NCBI RefSeq assembly: GCF_020885515.1
Contig: NZ_AP024987.1
Span: 900,001 to 932,000 of the forward strand
Direction of reading: 5' to 3'
Source of the DNA: a cyanobacterium endosymbiont of Braarudosphaera bigelowii
GTDB lineage: Bacteria; Cyanobacteriota; Cyanobacteriia; Cyanobacteriales; Microcystaceae
DNA: 32,000 nt
Part shown: positions 30,411-32,000 of the stretch, one piece after another
Numbering within the stretch: the first letter of the stretch is position 1
Layout of the letters: the number at the start of each line of letters is the position of its first letter
Notes under the pieces: generated by a model
The model's database searches: none
The model's input: only the letters and a program-made list of their open reading frames with translations
Told to the model about the DNA's origin: nothing
Program-made: the position numbers and the translations under genes

Positions 30411-31301
30411 TTAATCGCAGCAACTTAATTCCCATAGCGATTCTGCTTTTGATTGAGTATATTCTTTTTTTATTTTTTGATAGTTCTTTTCTATTTCATT
30501 CAGTTTCTCAACTTGTTGATTTATTTTTTTTCTCTGAAAACTTAATTGAGAATCATTAAACTCAATATCAGATAATTTGAGATAAAGTGTAGATATTTTT
30601 ATATTAGAAGGTTCTCTACTATCTTTCCCATCTAAATCTAATGTTTTATTATTTACATTTTCTTCTACTTGTAAGTTAAGGATATTAGGATAACTTTCTG
30701 GTAAAAATCTCTTTTCTTCTACTTGCGATGTTACTTCAAGTAAATGAGATGGTAAATGATTAGAGATGATTTTATTTTTTTTCAATTTATTGTTAACTTC
30801 TTGAGAGAGGCTATTCAAAGTTATTTGAATTCCTTGTTCAATATCTCCACACCACTTAACTAAATCTTCAGGATTTATAGTTTCAGGTACATCGTACTTA
30901 TCTAATTTGTTTGCAAAAAATAGCTTTTTTTTCTCATTTTTGAGGTGCTTCATATTATTTTTTTTGTACGGGAATAGATTTTTTGATATATATCTAATAA
31001 CCATTTTTGAAGTTATAGGTTGTGGAAAAGTCACATATGATAACAATTCGGATTCAGATTTATTACACAGTTCTCTAATTTTCTCTTGCATCTCTCTTCT
31101 TTGATCATTAGATAATCTTAAAAATGATTCAGGGTAGATATGGGTGCAAATTTGATAAACTGCTAATATTAATTGTTTATTTAATGCAGAACCTAACAAC
31201 TTTAAGTAATCTCTATAAATGTTATTCAATTCAGTAAAAAGCTTTATTGACTTTTTTTCTAATTCTTTTTTTTCCTTATTAATTTTTTGGAAAGATCTCA
31301 T
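30411..31301 (-). CDS. Hypothetical cyanobacterial protein (start adjusted to internal ATG; ORF track gives 31334)
   Basis: Long ORF with a structured N-terminus 'ILAVYQICTHIYPESFLRLSNDQRREMQEKIRELCNKSESELL'. The internal start MRSFQKINKEKKELEKK at 31301 gives a charged, soluble N-terminus. Confidence 0.65.
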   Translation of the reverse strand: MRSFQKINKEKKELEKKSIKLFTELNNIYRDYLKLLGSALNKQLILAVYQICTHIYPESFLRLSNDQRREMQEKIRELCNKSESELLSYVTFPQPITSKMVIRYISKNLFPYKKNNMKHLKNEKKKLFFANKLDKYDVPETINPEDLVKWCGDIEQGIQITLNSLSQEVNNKLKKNKIISNHLPSHLLEVTSQVEEKRFLPESYPNILNLQVEENVNNKTLDLDGKDSREPSNIKISTLYLKLSDIEFNDSQLSFQRKKINQQVEKLNEIEKNYQKIKKEYTQSKAESLWELSCCD

Positions 31302-31334
31302 AATATACTGAACATTGCAAATAAATTTAAACAT

Positions 31335-31374
31335 AAAAAAGACAAAAGTTAGAAATATTTTCCTACTTTTGTCT
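31335..31374 (-). terminator. Rho-independent-type terminator downstream of tsf
   Basis: On the minus strand: AGACAAAAGTAG-loop-CTAACTTTTGTCT followed by TTTTTT. Confidence 0.85.
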
Positions 31375-31472
31375 CATTATTAGACAATCATCTTTTAAAG
31401 AATCTACTTTCTTTTTACTTTTCTTTGTAAATATCAAGTTTTTGCTTAAATAAAAGTTATTCTTAGGATAAC

Positions 31473-32000
31473 TTACCCTATACTTTGCCCTGTTTGCGCA
31501 GCAACTTCAGCAGCAAAGTTAGTTTCACGTTTTTCAATTCCTTCTCCTAAAATAAAACGAGTAAAACGACGAACTTGAATGTTTTCTCCAAGCTGTGAAA
31601 TATTGCGTTTCAATAATTCTTCAACTGTAATATTAGAATCTTTAATAAAAGGTTGATCTAGTAAAGAAAGCTCTTTTTTACGCTTCTCGATACGCCCTTG
31701 GACTATCTTCTCTTTGATATTTTCAGGTTTATTTCCTAAATCATCTCTTCCCATCTCAATTTCTTTTTCTTTATCGACAATTGTTTTAGGAATATTATCC
31801 TGATTAACATACTCAACATTAGGGCAAGCAGCTATTTGCATAGCAATATTTTGAGCTAATTCTTTAAACTCGTCTCTACGTGCGACAAAATCTGTTTCGC
31901 AATTAACCTCTACAAGAACTCCTATACGACCTCCTGTGTGTATATAACTATGAACTAAACCTTCTGCTGTTTGTCTACCTGATTTCTTCTCAGCAGAAGT
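31473..32000 (-). CDS. tsf: Elongation factor Ts, 3' portion only (gene runs off the window end)
   Basis: Reverse-strand reading is open to the window edge: ...[67 protein letters not shown].... The 122-aa track ORF is only its tail from an internal Met. Confidence 0.95.
   Translation of the reverse strand, partial: TSAEKKSGRQTAEGLVHSYIHTGGRIGVLVEVNCETDFVARRDEFKELAQNIAMQIAACPNVEYVNQDNIPKTIVDKEKEIEMGRDDLGNKPENIKEKIVQGRIEKRKKELSLLDQPFIKDSNITVEELLKRNISQLGENIQVRRFTRFILGEGIEKRETNFAAEVAAQTGQSIG

Noticed and set aside
29948-31104. 70-aa minus-strand ORF (29948-30160) and 65-aa plus-strand ORF (30907-31104)
   Set aside because: Antisense to the protease gene and to the 307-aa ORF respectively; low-complexity hydrophobic or AT-driven peptides.
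1-32000. CRISPR arrays, transposons, prophage, toxin-antitoxin or other defence cassette
   Set aside because: I looked for spaced direct repeats, transposase/integrase motifs and clusters of unknown co-directional genes. None was found; nearly all genes are recognisable housekeeping functions, so no new multi-gene system is claimed.

Overview
This is an AT-rich (roughly one-third GC by eye) cyanobacterial chromosome segment. It looks like ordinary core genome. Gene content and AT bias suggest a reduced or endosymbiotic relative of the Crocosphaera/Cyanothece group (UCYN-A-like or spheroid-body-like), but this is an inference. Recognisable genes in order: gcvP, a CbiG/CobJ fusion, a large degenerate-repeat membrane protein, a Na+/H+ antiporter with a TrkA-N-like domain, an overlooked 42-aa single-helix ORF, an orphan DppB/OppB-type permease, apt, a peroxiredoxin, tRNA-His(GTG), a frameshifted Sfp/HetI-type PPTase, a DUF2808 protein, pnp, a type II NAD(P)H dehydrogenase, a DUF3177 protein, a YdcF/DUF218 protein, mnmA, ndhB, a DUF721/DciA-like protein with a C-terminal CxxC..CxxC tail, a cysteine desulfurase, tldD, an anti-sigma/SigG-type sigma pair, dapF, a matrixin-like secreted protease, a hypothetical protein and the 3' part of tsf. 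I found no CRISPR array, transposon, prophage or defence cassette, and no convincing new multi-gene system. The best leads are: (1) a PPTase gene disrupted only by an A10 homopolymer, a candidate for transcriptional slippage; (2) a recurring set of unusually long, near-perfect inverted repeats next to gene 3' ends, including a 48-nt perfect palindrome after pnp and a 32-nt perfect palindrome beside a canonical terminator; (3) a 42-aa ORF missing from the supplied ORF track; (4) two long unexplained intergenic regions.
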